Shown: one piece after another, positions 22,058 through 30,740 of the stretch
Layout: each line of letters begins with the position of its first letter
Position numbering within the stretch: position 1 is the first letter of the stretch
NCBI GenBank assembly: GCA_023205875.1
Contig: CP060772.1
Span: 1 to 64,000, forward strand
DNA: 64,000 nt
DNA from: Chloropicon primus
Taxonomy: Eukaryota
Direction: 5' to 3'
The notes under the pieces: generated by a model
Seen by the model: only the letters and a program-made list of their open reading frames with translations
Database searches by the model: none
What the model was told of the DNA's origin: nothing
Translations under genes and position numbers: made by a program

Positions 22058-22807
22058 ATGGGAAGAGAGAGATCACGAGCACGAGCACGAGGGGTGGTAA
22101 GCGTTTTCATGACTACGCTTGCCTTGGGTCTGTTGCTGTTGCTGTTGCTGGCTCAAGAGGTGAGAGGACAGTGCAGCGATTCCATTGCTTGTGGGGAATG
22201 TTACACATATTGTGATTTCTTCGAATATGGTTATTGCTACGAGTACGAGGAATATTGTAATGATCCTTGTTGCCCAGACGAGCCCTCTTATGACGATGAG
22301 CCCTCTTATGACGATGAGCCGCCACGTTATGATCCTCCGGTTTATGACCCTCCGGTTGATGACGATAAGCCATTGATTACATGGGACCCGGCCATCCCCG
22401 TGATTCAATCGCCGGCCATTCCAGACTTCGCGGAGATTTTCCAGCCACCAGCTCCTGAACCACAACCAGAACCGCCATCACCACCAGTGCCGCCACCACC
22501 ACCTGCACCACAACCTGATTGCAAGGAGGAAGACATTGAGAAGGTCTTCAATGATGTTGTGCTGGTGAAGGATCCTCCCGCAAGGGGCGATTGCGAGAAG
22601 GCAGAGACAGATCTCAAGAGGTGCTTCTGTAATGAGGATGTGGTGAAGACAACTCGGGAGAAGTTGGCCGACAATGGAGAAGACCCCCAAGCGTACGACA
22701 CTTTTGTGAGCAAGTGCAAGGATGTGGCCGCACCCATCAGTTGGTACAGGGATGAAGACACTTGCGACAAGAGCACACCCCCTCGACCACCAGACAGGCC
22801 TCCTTGA
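22058..22807 (+). CDS. Secreted Cys/Tyr-rich and Pro-rich protein (249 aa; alternative starts at 22016 and 22043), in frame with the downstream GDPD copy
   Basis: Start context ACCACCATGG, then a signal peptide (LALGLLLLLLLAQEVRG). A Cys module (CSDSIACGECYTYC...CNDPCC), DEPSYD repeats, a poly-Pro stretch and a second Cys module follow. Confidence 0.7.
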   Translation: MGRERSRARARGVVSVFMTTLALGLLLLLLLAQEVRGQCSDSIACGECYTYCDFFEYGYCYEYEEYCNDPCCPDEPSYDDEPSYDDEPPRYDPPVYDPPVDDDKPLITWDPAIPVIQSPAIPDFAEIFQPPAPEPQPEPPSPPVPPPPPAPQPDCKEEDIEKVFNDVVLVKDPPARGDCEKAETDLKRCFCNEDVVKTTREKLADNGEDPQAYDTFVSKCKDVAAPISWYRDEDTCDKSTPPRPPDRPP

Positions 22808-22816
22808 CCACCAGTC

Positions 22817-23677
22817 AGCGAGCTGTTTTGCGAAAGGAGGTCCCTGCCTTTGGTCTGCGCACACGGAGGTGACTCCGCCAATGCAACGCCAAACACTGAG
22901 TTTGCCTTCTATGCGGCACTGAAGGGGGGGATAAAGTGCGCCGAGGTCGACGTCGCGGCGAGCAAGGATGGTGAGCTTTTCGTGCTCCATCGCAGGGAAC
23001 TGGAGGTGCTCTTGTCGCAGGAAGGCCTGGAGCCCGCGGTGCTGAGAGATCGGCCGGCAAAGGTGGAGGAGTTCACCTCCAAGGAGATCGCAGCCATGCG
23101 ATTCAAGGGAGGCGAAAGAGTTCTCAAGGCCAGGGACATCGTGAACGTCCTTCGATCCGACGAGAGGATGGAGACGATTATTCTGGACGTCAAGACTCAC
23201 CCCATGGACGGGGCTTCGGCGGGGGAGAACGCGGAGGAGATGGTGGACCTGGTGGTGAGACTGCTGGAGGAGACGGGGTGCCACAAGGACAAGTGCATTG
23301 TTTGGGCCAAGAGCGACGCTGTGATTGATGGCGTGTACGATCGGCTGCCCCAACTGAGCCTCGGCATGACGGTGATGAACGAGACTCAGGAGAACAGGGA
23401 CCAAGGGATGGACCAACCCGATCGGCTAGAGAAGACCTCTTCTCCCCGGAACCTCGCAGTCCACTGGGAGACGGCCGGGAAGCCAGGCTTTGTGCAGGGG
23501 GCGCAGAAAAACTTGGGGAAAACCGTCTTCGGCTGGACGGCGAACAACGATGCCATCACAAAAGTTTTGCTTGACAGCGCGGTGGACGGCATCGTGACCA
23601 ACTTCCCGAAGAAGGTTCAACACCAGGCCGTATCGGCGGCCGACAAGTGCAAGAAGAACAAAGGTGAATTAAAATAA
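22817..23677 (+). CDS. Duplicated GDPD catalytic domain lacking its own start and TM anchor (3' half of a putative chimeric gene, or a pseudogene)
   Basis: The sequence matches 19881-20741. The frame is open from SELFCERR to the native stop. Confidence 0.6.
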   Translation, partial: SELFCERRSLPLVCAHGGDSANATPNTEFAFYAALKGGIKCAEVDVAASKDGELFVLHRRELEVLLSQEGLEPAVLRDRPAKVEEFTSKEIAAMRFKGGERVLKARDIVNVLRSDERMETIILDVKTHPMDGASAGENAEEMVDLVVRLLEETGCHKDKCIVWAKSDAVIDGVYDRLPQLSLGMTVMNETQENRDQGMDQPDRLEKTSSPRNLAVHWETAGKPGFVQGAQKNLGKTVFGWTANNDAITKVLLDSAVDGIVTNFPKKVQHQAVSAADKCKKNKGELK

Positions 23678-23918
23678 TAATCAGATGAAAACAATAAGCT
23701 ATTGAAGCCACCTCAAGCCTTTCCATTGCATTGCCCCTCCTCCTCCTCTCCCCTCAACCATTGTCCCTCCCTCCCTCGGGAGGAGGAGGAGGAAGAGGAA
23801 GAGGAGATCCATTAGTGATGGTGGTGGATGGATAAGCCTTTCCATTGCATTCCACTGCCCCTTTCCTCTCTCCTCCTCTCTCCTGGGAAGCCACCTGGCA
23901 GAGGAGGAAGAGGAGGCG

Positions 23919-25553
23919 ATGGCGATGGCGATGGCGAGGCATGGATTGGTGGAGGAGGCGAAGAGGGAGTGGAGTGGGGGTCATGGGGGCAAAGAGGCGA
24001 GCACGAGCTTCAGAAAGTTCCTGGTCAACACCTTCGGCATCGACTTGCTCTGTTCGGGGGAAGGCGTCCTCGACGTGGCCGGAGGGAGAGGACAACTCAG
24101 CTTCGAACTCATCAACAGAGTGATGCCTCCTTCTCCTTCTCCTTCTCCTTGGCGTGAGGGTGACGGTGGTTGGGATGGCGAGGGGGAGGAGAGTCGAGGC
24201 AGGAGGGTGAAGTCGACAGTGGTCGACGCCAGGACGACGGAGTCCCTGAACTACAAGAGAATCGTCAACCAGCACATCAGGCTCGCCATCAAGAGGAGGA
24301 TGCACTTGGACCACCAGAGGCAGAGGGAGGCCAAGGGGGACCAAGGGGAGGGGAAAGGGCAATGCAAGGAGGAGGTCGAGACGACCGTGAGTCGTGTGGA
24401 CCCTTCTGAGATCAAGTATGTGCTTCCGGACCATATTGTGGAGTATTTCGAGCCAAAACTGTGGAGGAGGGCTATGGGGTCGGCGGCCGAGGGAGGTTGC
24501 GAGTGCTCCTGCAGCGGCGTGGAAGATGGATCCAGGGAGGAGTTGAGGGAGAAGGAGGCCCGAGATGCAAAGCTGAGAGAGTCTTGGAGCAAGTCTGTGT
24601 ATTCTGCTGGGCCTTCGGGCGTGGGTGGGGCGATCATCAGGGAATCCGCAACGACGACGGCGACGAGTGAGGGGAAGGAAGAGAAGAGGAGGAAGAAAAA
24701 GGAAGAGAAGCGGCGGCGGAAGGGCGACACCAGCGTGAGGTCCAGGTTTCGGGGCGTCATGTACGACGCGGATCAGAACATGTGGTGCACCAAGATCCGA
24801 GTAAAAGGTGAATCCAAAAGCTTGGGTTGCTTTGAGGACGAGAAGGAGGCTGCCCTCGCTTTTGACGAGGCCATGAGGTCCATGAGCGGCAGGGACACCT
24901 TGAGGGTGAACTTTGACCTGGAGGGCCGGGAGAACCCCAAGATCGGCTCGGTTGCCGAGTTCAGGGCAAAGGTCAAGTCGAAACAAACCGCGGCGACGAC
25001 TGTGGGCCGACAACCCCCTTCCTCAGTCCCCGCCGATGCCGGGGGGATCGAGCGTTCGCCCAGGTTCGGCTGCTGGAAGTGCGGTCCTTTCGACAAGGCA
25101 GGGCTTGAACAAAAGATGTTGGCGGAGTCGGACGTGCACCAAGACGGATTCAGCGGTTGGGCCCAGCACAAGGCCTTTCAGTGCCCTCACAACCCCGCGA
25201 GGAAGGGCGAGCAGCTTCGTCCCCGGGAAATCACGGGGGAAGAATCGGCCAAGAGGATGAGGGACGCTTCCCTCGTGGTGGGCCTCCACCCGGATCAGGC
25301 CACGGGAGACATCGTGGACTTTGCCCTGGAGACCGGAAAGCCTTTCGCGATCGTGCCTTGCTGCACCTTCAGCCAGACTTTCTCTGACCGAGTCCTCAAG
25401 TCCGGGGAGAGGGTACGCTACTACCACCAGCTCATCCAGTGGCTGGTGGAGAAAGACGAGGAGAACATCAAGCAGGCCAAGCTCGACGTGCCTGGCCGAA
25501 ACATCGTGTTGTACAGTTGGGGAGGGAAGAAGAGAAAGGCGATCGGCAGTTGA
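23919..25553 (+). CDS. Methyltransferase-like protein with an inserted AP2 DNA-binding domain and a putative Zn-binding motif (544 aa)
   Basis: A SAM-binding-like motif GVLDVAGGRGQLSFEL pairs with C-terminal VVGLHPDQATGDIVDFAL...PFAIVPCC. The AP2 signature SRFRGV...W...IRVKGESKSLGCFEDEKEAALAFDEA...RVNF lies at 24741-24914, and CWKC...HKAFQCPH follows it. Confidence 0.75.
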   Translation: MAMAMARHGLVEEAKREWSGGHGGKEASTSFRKFLVNTFGIDLLCSGEGVLDVAGGRGQLSFELINRVMPPSPSPSPWREGDGGWDGEGEESRGRRVKSTVVDARTTESLNYKRIVNQHIRLAIKRRMHLDHQRQREAKGDQGEGKGQCKEEVETTVSRVDPSEIKYVLPDHIVEYFEPKLWRRAMGSAAEGGCECSCSGVEDGSREELREKEARDAKLRESWSKSVYSAGPSGVGGAIIRESATTTATSEGKEEKRRKKKEEKRRRKGDTSVRSRFRGVMYDADQNMWCTKIRVKGESKSLGCFEDEKEAALAFDEAMRSMSGRDTLRVNFDLEGRENPKIGSVAEFRAKVKSKQTAATTVGRQPPSSVPADAGGIERSPRFGCWKCGPFDKAGLEQKMLAESDVHQDGFSGWAQHKAFQCPHNPARKGEQLRPREITGEESAKRMRDASLVVGLHPDQATGDIVDFALETGKPFAIVPCCTFSQTFSDRVLKSGERVRYYHQLIQWLVEKDEENIKQAKLDVPGRNIVLYSWGGKKRKAIGS

Positions 25554-25766
25554 GGCAGACTTTGGTTTTGGTCAAAGACTATCTATTATTTTCATCATCA
25601 TCATACAATTTGCTCGACTCTTGTGTCGAGGAAGCGATTGGGTGCTCTTGGGCGAGCCACGAAAGGATCGCATCCGCGATGCTAACGCATTGCAATGTCT
25701 GCAATGTCAACGCACGACGGCCCCACCTCTCCGCTTTCGCTCTGCACCCAAGCCAAGCCAAGCCCT

Positions 25767-26492
25767 TTACTTCTTTCCTGGCTGCAAGACGGTCTCGAGC
25801 TGCTGCTTGAGCTGCTTGGCGTGGCGTGTCAAGTATTCGACCTCCTCCTTGTGCTTCTTCTCCTCCGCTTGCCTCCTCTCGTTCTCTCTCTTCTCTATGG
25901 ACTCGCACTTCATCTTCCACTCGTTCACCTGCTTCTCGAGCTCCTTGTTCTCCGTCTCCAGGTATTGAATCCTGGCCTCCATGTCAGCCTTGCCCTGCTC
26001 GGTCTGCAGAGCCTTCCTCATGCCAAAAGCCACACTGCTCTCGTACAGGGTCTGGTAAGCGGCAATGGTCATCCTCAACTCGTCCCTGACGCGAAGCAAG
26101 AGCAAACCCCTTTCAGCACAGTTGATAGTCACCTGCCTGATAAGTTCGTCAAAGCACTGGGCGTAGAGCTCCTCCCTCACGGGGCAGATACCAGTCTCCC
26201 TGGCCTGCCTCAGCTGAAGCTGCTGGTCCAGCTTCTCCTGCAAGTTAATCACGTCAAGCCTCGTGGCCGGGGTGGAACTCACGTACTGCACCCAGAGCTG
26301 CCCGTCCTCGGTCCACTCTCTTGGAGGCAGTATCGAGTTCAAGATATCCTCGGTCTGGGTCATACCGCTCTTCTGCTCCACGGGTGGGAGGTCCTTCTTC
26401 TTCCTTCCTCCCTTCTCCTTGCCCTTGTCCTTGGTCGTGCTCACCAGCACGGGAGAGTCATACTTGACCAAGGATATCAGTGGAGGGATCAT
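25767..26492 (-). CDS. DNALI1: Axonemal inner-arm dynein light chain p28 (DII1/IDA4; DNALI1 orthologue)
   Basis: MIPPLISLVKYDSPVLVS, ILNSILPPREWTEDGQLWVQYVSSTPATRLDV, QARETGICPVREELY and ERGLLLLRVRDE form the canonical p28 sequence. Confidence 0.97.
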   Translation of the reverse strand: MIPPLISLVKYDSPVLVSTTKDKGKEKGGRKKKDLPPVEQKSGMTQTEDILNSILPPREWTEDGQLWVQYVSSTPATRLDVINLQEKLDQQLQLRQARETGICPVREELYAQCFDELIRQVTINCAERGLLLLRVRDELRMTIAAYQTLYESSVAFGMRKALQTEQGKADMEARIQYLETENKELEKQVNEWKMKCESIEKRENERRQAEEKKHKEEVEYLTRHAKQLKQQLETVLQPGKK

Positions 26493-28099
26493 ACTGAACT
26501 GCTAACTTGGAAGACAGGAGTGAACACACAAACAAAGGTCTTGCTGGGTGGATACACAACTTGGTACGACTTCTGGAGCGTCTTGCTCTGTTGCTCTGTT
26601 GCTCTGGATCAATGGAATGAATCAATGGACTCAATTCCTGAGGACTGTCCACTCTCTCTAAGAGGCCTTGCACCAAAGTCCTCTCTCGATGGGTATGGAA
26701 CACCGCAGCCAAGCTTGCCTTGCTCTCTGTGTTTGACGCGCAACATTTTGAAATGAAAATCAACGCCAAGGGGGACTTCAAATGTGAACCATTTGAAACT
26801 TTTCCGAACACCACGTCCGAGGGACGCACCTAAAACCGTATTCCTTTCCAAGAGAGACACTCCAAGATCCACCAAGATGGCAACTTTCCCAAACATGAAA
26901 TCCAAGACGACACATACACCAGGGGTTCTGAACTGCTTGTCCTTCTCCAAACTCGGGATGGTATGTTATTCCCTTGCTGCGACGCGACACAAGGGAACGA
27001 CGACCGAGAGGGAGGGGGAGGGTGTGGTCTTCCCTTGCTGTGGGGACGGCAGGGTTGGTCGTAGTGTCAAAAGGTGTACACCCAATTCGTTTCCTCCCCC
27101 ATGACCCGCATCGCAATCGCAATCGCACCCTTCCAAGGTCAACGCCCTCCAAACCTTCCCTCATCTCATCTCTTCTATCTTCTATGGAAGGCGTCACGTT
27201 TCGCAAGCTTGGATGCCTGGAAAGGAATAAGGAAATGGTCCTCCATTCTCTCTCCTTCGTCGTTTCGTTTCCTCTCTCTCTCTCGTTTCCTCTCTCTGCG
27301 CAGGGAGTGGCATCTTGAGGAGTTGCAACTTCACCTTACTCCTTTTACACTAAAGACTGCAGTGGCGTTCCCAAACAGCCCCCCCCCCTCTCTCTCTCTC
27401 TAACAAGCTTGCTGCTTTGTCCAAAGTCTCCAGGCAGTTTCACAAGCTCTCCACGCCCAGGGCAACAACTTTGGCGCTTTGTACAAGCTCACAAGGACTC
27501 CAAGACGCTTGCTTGGTTTGTTGGACAGTACGAGGGAAGCTTGGACGAAAGGCTTGGACGACTTTGAGGAACGACCGTGGCGGTTGTTTTGTCACCAAGG
27601 TCAAGACGCTTGCTTGGTTTGCCCGCCCCTTCCAGACCCAACACACGCACGAGTGGGATACACTGGGGTCTCTCCAGGGGCCAGGAGGCACGACACAAAG
27701 GCGACACAAGGGCTCTGTTCGTGCACAGGGCAGGGGACAAGAGCAAGACCTTGTTGCGTTCCAGCGAGGAGGCTTGGGTTTTACCTTGAACCACTTGAAA
27801 CGCACACCACCACCACCACCCACCGCAGGAGGAGAGGAAAGGAAGAGGAGAGGAGCATAGACTTACCTTGTACCTTTGAAGGAAAGCGTGCGTACCTTTG
27901 AGGAACCACAATGATGCGTTGTCCGAGGAGGGACACCATACTTCGGTGAGAGGTTTGGAGCTTGAAGCAAGAGACAGTTGAGTGCAGAGTGGGTTTGGTT
28001 TGACTCCAAGCAAGCGCTTGGGTTGAGACAGACAAGGGCGAGAGGTTTAGGTTTGGAGAGAGGCCTTGGTTGGGCTGAGGAGAAGAAGAGGGAGGCGAG

Positions 28100-30583
28100 A
28101 TGGGTGCTGGTGCTAGCATGGGATGCACGACGGGTGAGGGGCAGCAAAGCACCGGGGGGGGCTTCGCCAAGAGCAAGTCCTTTGTGAGGAAGAAGAAGTT
28201 GAGGTTTGCGAACAAGCAGGCTTCGCTGACGCTTCAAGGTGCGGTGAGCTCGGTGGAGGACATCTTTGAGAAGCTGGCGCACGACACGGTGAACAAGTCA
28301 GAGATCGAGAAGATGAGGAAGGAGGCCAAGAAGATTGACTTGGACCTGTGGCTTCGGATCATGAACGCCATGAGGACGATGGACGACGAGGACAAGGCGG
28401 ACTACGTCCACAAGTTGCACACGGAGCTCCAGCTGTTCACGAAAACGCTGAAGCTGCTGGACAAGATCTTGGAGATCGACGAGCGGAACGTCGGCAAGGC
28501 GATCACCTTCCTCACGCAGTCCCTCAAGGTGATCCTGAACTGCGAGCACGTGACCCTGTTCATCATGGACCGGAACGGCAAGAGCCTGAGGACGCACTCC
28601 AGCGCCAGCGTGTCCCTCAAGGTTCAAGTGGGGAAGGGCATCGCGGGTAAGGTTGCCGAGACGGGGGAGGCGCTGAACATCGAGGACGCTTACAAGAACC
28701 CCTTGTTCGACAAGAAGTTCGACATTGACACGGGGTTCAAGACCGACACGATCCTTTGCGTTCCCCTGAGGGACGAGAACAGGAAGATCACTGCCGTCCT
28801 CGAGGGCGTGAACTCGTTCGACGGGATCTTCAACGAGATGCACTTGGTGAACATGCAGCTCATCGGCGCGCAGGTCTGCAACGTGATCAAGAAGTGCGAA
28901 CTCGCCCAGCAGAAGAGCAACCACGAGAGGGGGACCAAGGCCCTGTTCAAGCTCTTCAAGGTGCTTTACACCGACTTGCCCATGGACGTGTTGCTGAGGA
29001 GGATCATCGACACGGCCAAGGAGATGGTCAGCAGCGAGAGGGCGACGTTGTACCTGTACGACGAGACCAAGGACATGCTCTGGGCGCAGTCCGGCCACGG
29101 CTTGAATAATTTGAAGAAGGAGAACCCAAAGGGGCACACCATCCTTCTCAAGGGCAACGAGGGAGTCGCGGGCAAGGCCTTGTCCGAGAACAAGGTCGTC
29201 AACATCAGCGAAGTCAGGAGGAAGTCCCAAGTCTGGAACTCCAAGTTTGACGACCTCACCGGTTTCCAGACGAGGACCATCCTTGCGGTGCCCATCCAAG
29301 ACATCGTGACGAAAAAGAGGCTCGGAGTCTTGCAGGTGATGAACAAGAAGGTGGGGCCTTTTGATTTTTTGACCGACTCCCACTTCACCAACTACGACGA
29401 GAAGCTTTTGTTGGATTTTTGCATCGAGATTGGAAGGGCCATCGGTGGGAGGATCCTGGAAGCTGCGTTCCAGCTCAGGATGAATGAGGAGGGGGAGAAC
29501 AGCGCGGTGAAGACCCAGCTGATGGAGTACACGAAGAAGAACCCGTTGAAGAAGACCAAGAGCATGAGGCTGTCGATGATGGACGATCTCGACGACTCGT
29601 TCAAGGAGGGGCGGAGTCAATCCTTGGCCAACGTCCTGGAGAACGGCGAGAGCGCCAGTTACAGCAAGGATCAGGTGCGGGTCTGGCATTACGACGTGTC
29701 CCTCATGACCAAGCAGGAGCTCTGCAACTTCGTAAAGGACCTCTTCTACCACCTGGGGCTCCACAAGAAGTTCAAGTGCGACCCGACAAAGCTCGAGGCC
29801 TTCATCCAGGAGGCTGGGGAGACCTACGAGGACGTGCCTTACCACAACTTCAACCACGCGGTATCTGTTTTGCATGGGGTGTACGCCTTTCTCACGATTG
29901 CAGGCTTGAAGGGCAGGCTTGACAAGATTGAGATCTTGGCCTTGTTCGTGGGGGCCCTGTGCCACGACTTGGGCCACGACGGGTTCACCAACGGGTTCCA
30001 CATCGCCACGATGAGCGACCTCGCGGTCACTTACAACGACACGCACGTGCAAGAGAACCTCCACGCCTCCCTTTGCAACAAGCTGCTGAACAAGGAGGAG
30101 ACGAGGTTCGTTTCCCTGGACAAGGAGGACTTTTTGAAGCTCAGGAAGCTGGTCATCAATCTGATCATCTCTACGGACATGGCCGAGCACATGGCTTTGA
30201 CCACCTCCCTGGGTCAGATGGAGATCCAGTGGGACTCCCCCGAGGACAGGATACAGATCATGAAGTCGGTGCTTCACGCTGTGGACGTGTCCACGCCGTG
30301 CAAGCCAAAGGAGCAAGCCGTAGTCCAGTCCAAGAAGCTTGCGGAGGAGTTCAAGAGGCAGGTCGACAAGGAGCTCTCCCTCGGGATGGAGCCCCTGCCT
30401 TTCATGGCGCCCAAGGACGAGTCCGCCAGGGCGCAGCTGGAGGTGAACTTCATCGATTACATCGTGCAGCCGCTTTGGGAGTCGGTGATGGTGCGTTTCC
30501 CGGAGTGCGAGGAGTGCGTCTCCAATCTTCAGAACAACAGGAAGTACTACCAGGAGCAACTCGAGACCCCGGGGGGTGGCTGA
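28100..30583 (+). CDS. 3',5'-cyclic nucleotide phosphodiesterase with two GAF domains
   Basis: Two GAF domains (GIAGKVAETGEALNIEDAY...DIDTGFKT..ILCVP; GVAGKA...DDLTGFQTRTILAVP..NK) precede a class I PDE core (YHNFNHA, HDLGHDG, ENLH, STDMAEH, HAVDVS). The MGAGAS start is a possible myristoylation site. Confidence 0.95.
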   Translation: MGAGASMGCTTGEGQQSTGGGFAKSKSFVRKKKLRFANKQASLTLQGAVSSVEDIFEKLAHDTVNKSEIEKMRKEAKKIDLDLWLRIMNAMRTMDDEDKADYVHKLHTELQLFTKTLKLLDKILEIDERNVGKAITFLTQSLKVILNCEHVTLFIMDRNGKSLRTHSSASVSLKVQVGKGIAGKVAETGEALNIEDAYKNPLFDKKFDIDTGFKTDTILCVPLRDENRKITAVLEGVNSFDGIFNEMHLVNMQLIGAQVCNVIKKCELAQQKSNHERGTKALFKLFKVLYTDLPMDVLLRRIIDTAKEMVSSERATLYLYDETKDMLWAQSGHGLNNLKKENPKGHTILLKGNEGVAGKALSENKVVNISEVRRKSQVWNSKFDDLTGFQTRTILAVPIQDIVTKKRLGVLQVMNKKVGPFDFLTDSHFTNYDEKLLLDFCIEIGRAIGGRILEAAFQLRMNEEGENSAVKTQLMEYTKKNPLKKTKSMRLSMMDDLDDSFKEGRSQSLANVLENGESASYSKDQVRVWHYDVSLMTKQELCNFVKDLFYHLGLHKKFKCDPTKLEAFIQEAGETYEDVPYHNFNHAVSVLHGVYAFLTIAGLKGRLDKIEILALFVGALCHDLGHDGFTNGFHIATMSDLAVTYNDTHVQENLHASLCNKLLNKEETRFVSLDKEDFLKLRKLVINLIISTDMAEHMALTTSLGQMEIQWDSPEDRIQIMKSVLHAVDVSTPCKPKEQAVVQSKKLAEEFKRQVDKELSLGMEPLPFMAPKDESARAQLEVNFIDYIVQPLWESVMVRFPECEECVSNLQNNRKYYQEQLETPGGG

Positions 30584-30740
30584 GTGACTGTGTGAGAGAG
30601 AGAGAGAGAATCGTGCGATACGCATCCAAACGAACGAATTCGTGTCATGATTTGCAAGAGATATCAAACGAGAACTCCAAAAAGAATATTATTAATTGAA
30701 TTGATGAATGTGCTGAAAATATATAAACTTGCCGTTCGCA

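Larger units (their letters stand above)
19881..24671 (+). repeat. Direct segmental duplication: copy A 19881-21737 and copy B 22817-24671, separated by a ~1.08-kb insert
   Basis: The copies are nearly identical at an offset of 2936, shifting to 2935 after a 1-bp indel. Both begin at AGCGAGCTGTTTTGC and end at GACGAGTGAG. Confidence 0.97.

Noticed and set aside
22805..22807. Selenocysteine reading of the in-frame TGA
   Set aside because: It aligns with a CGA (Arg) in a Pro-rich repeat rather than a redox Cys position, and I could not identify a SECIS element.
26500..28099. Short ORFs and the repeated CAAGACGCTTGCTTGGTTTG (27501, 27602) as a transposon relic
   Set aside because: No terminal repeats, TSD or transposase/RT motifs are visible.
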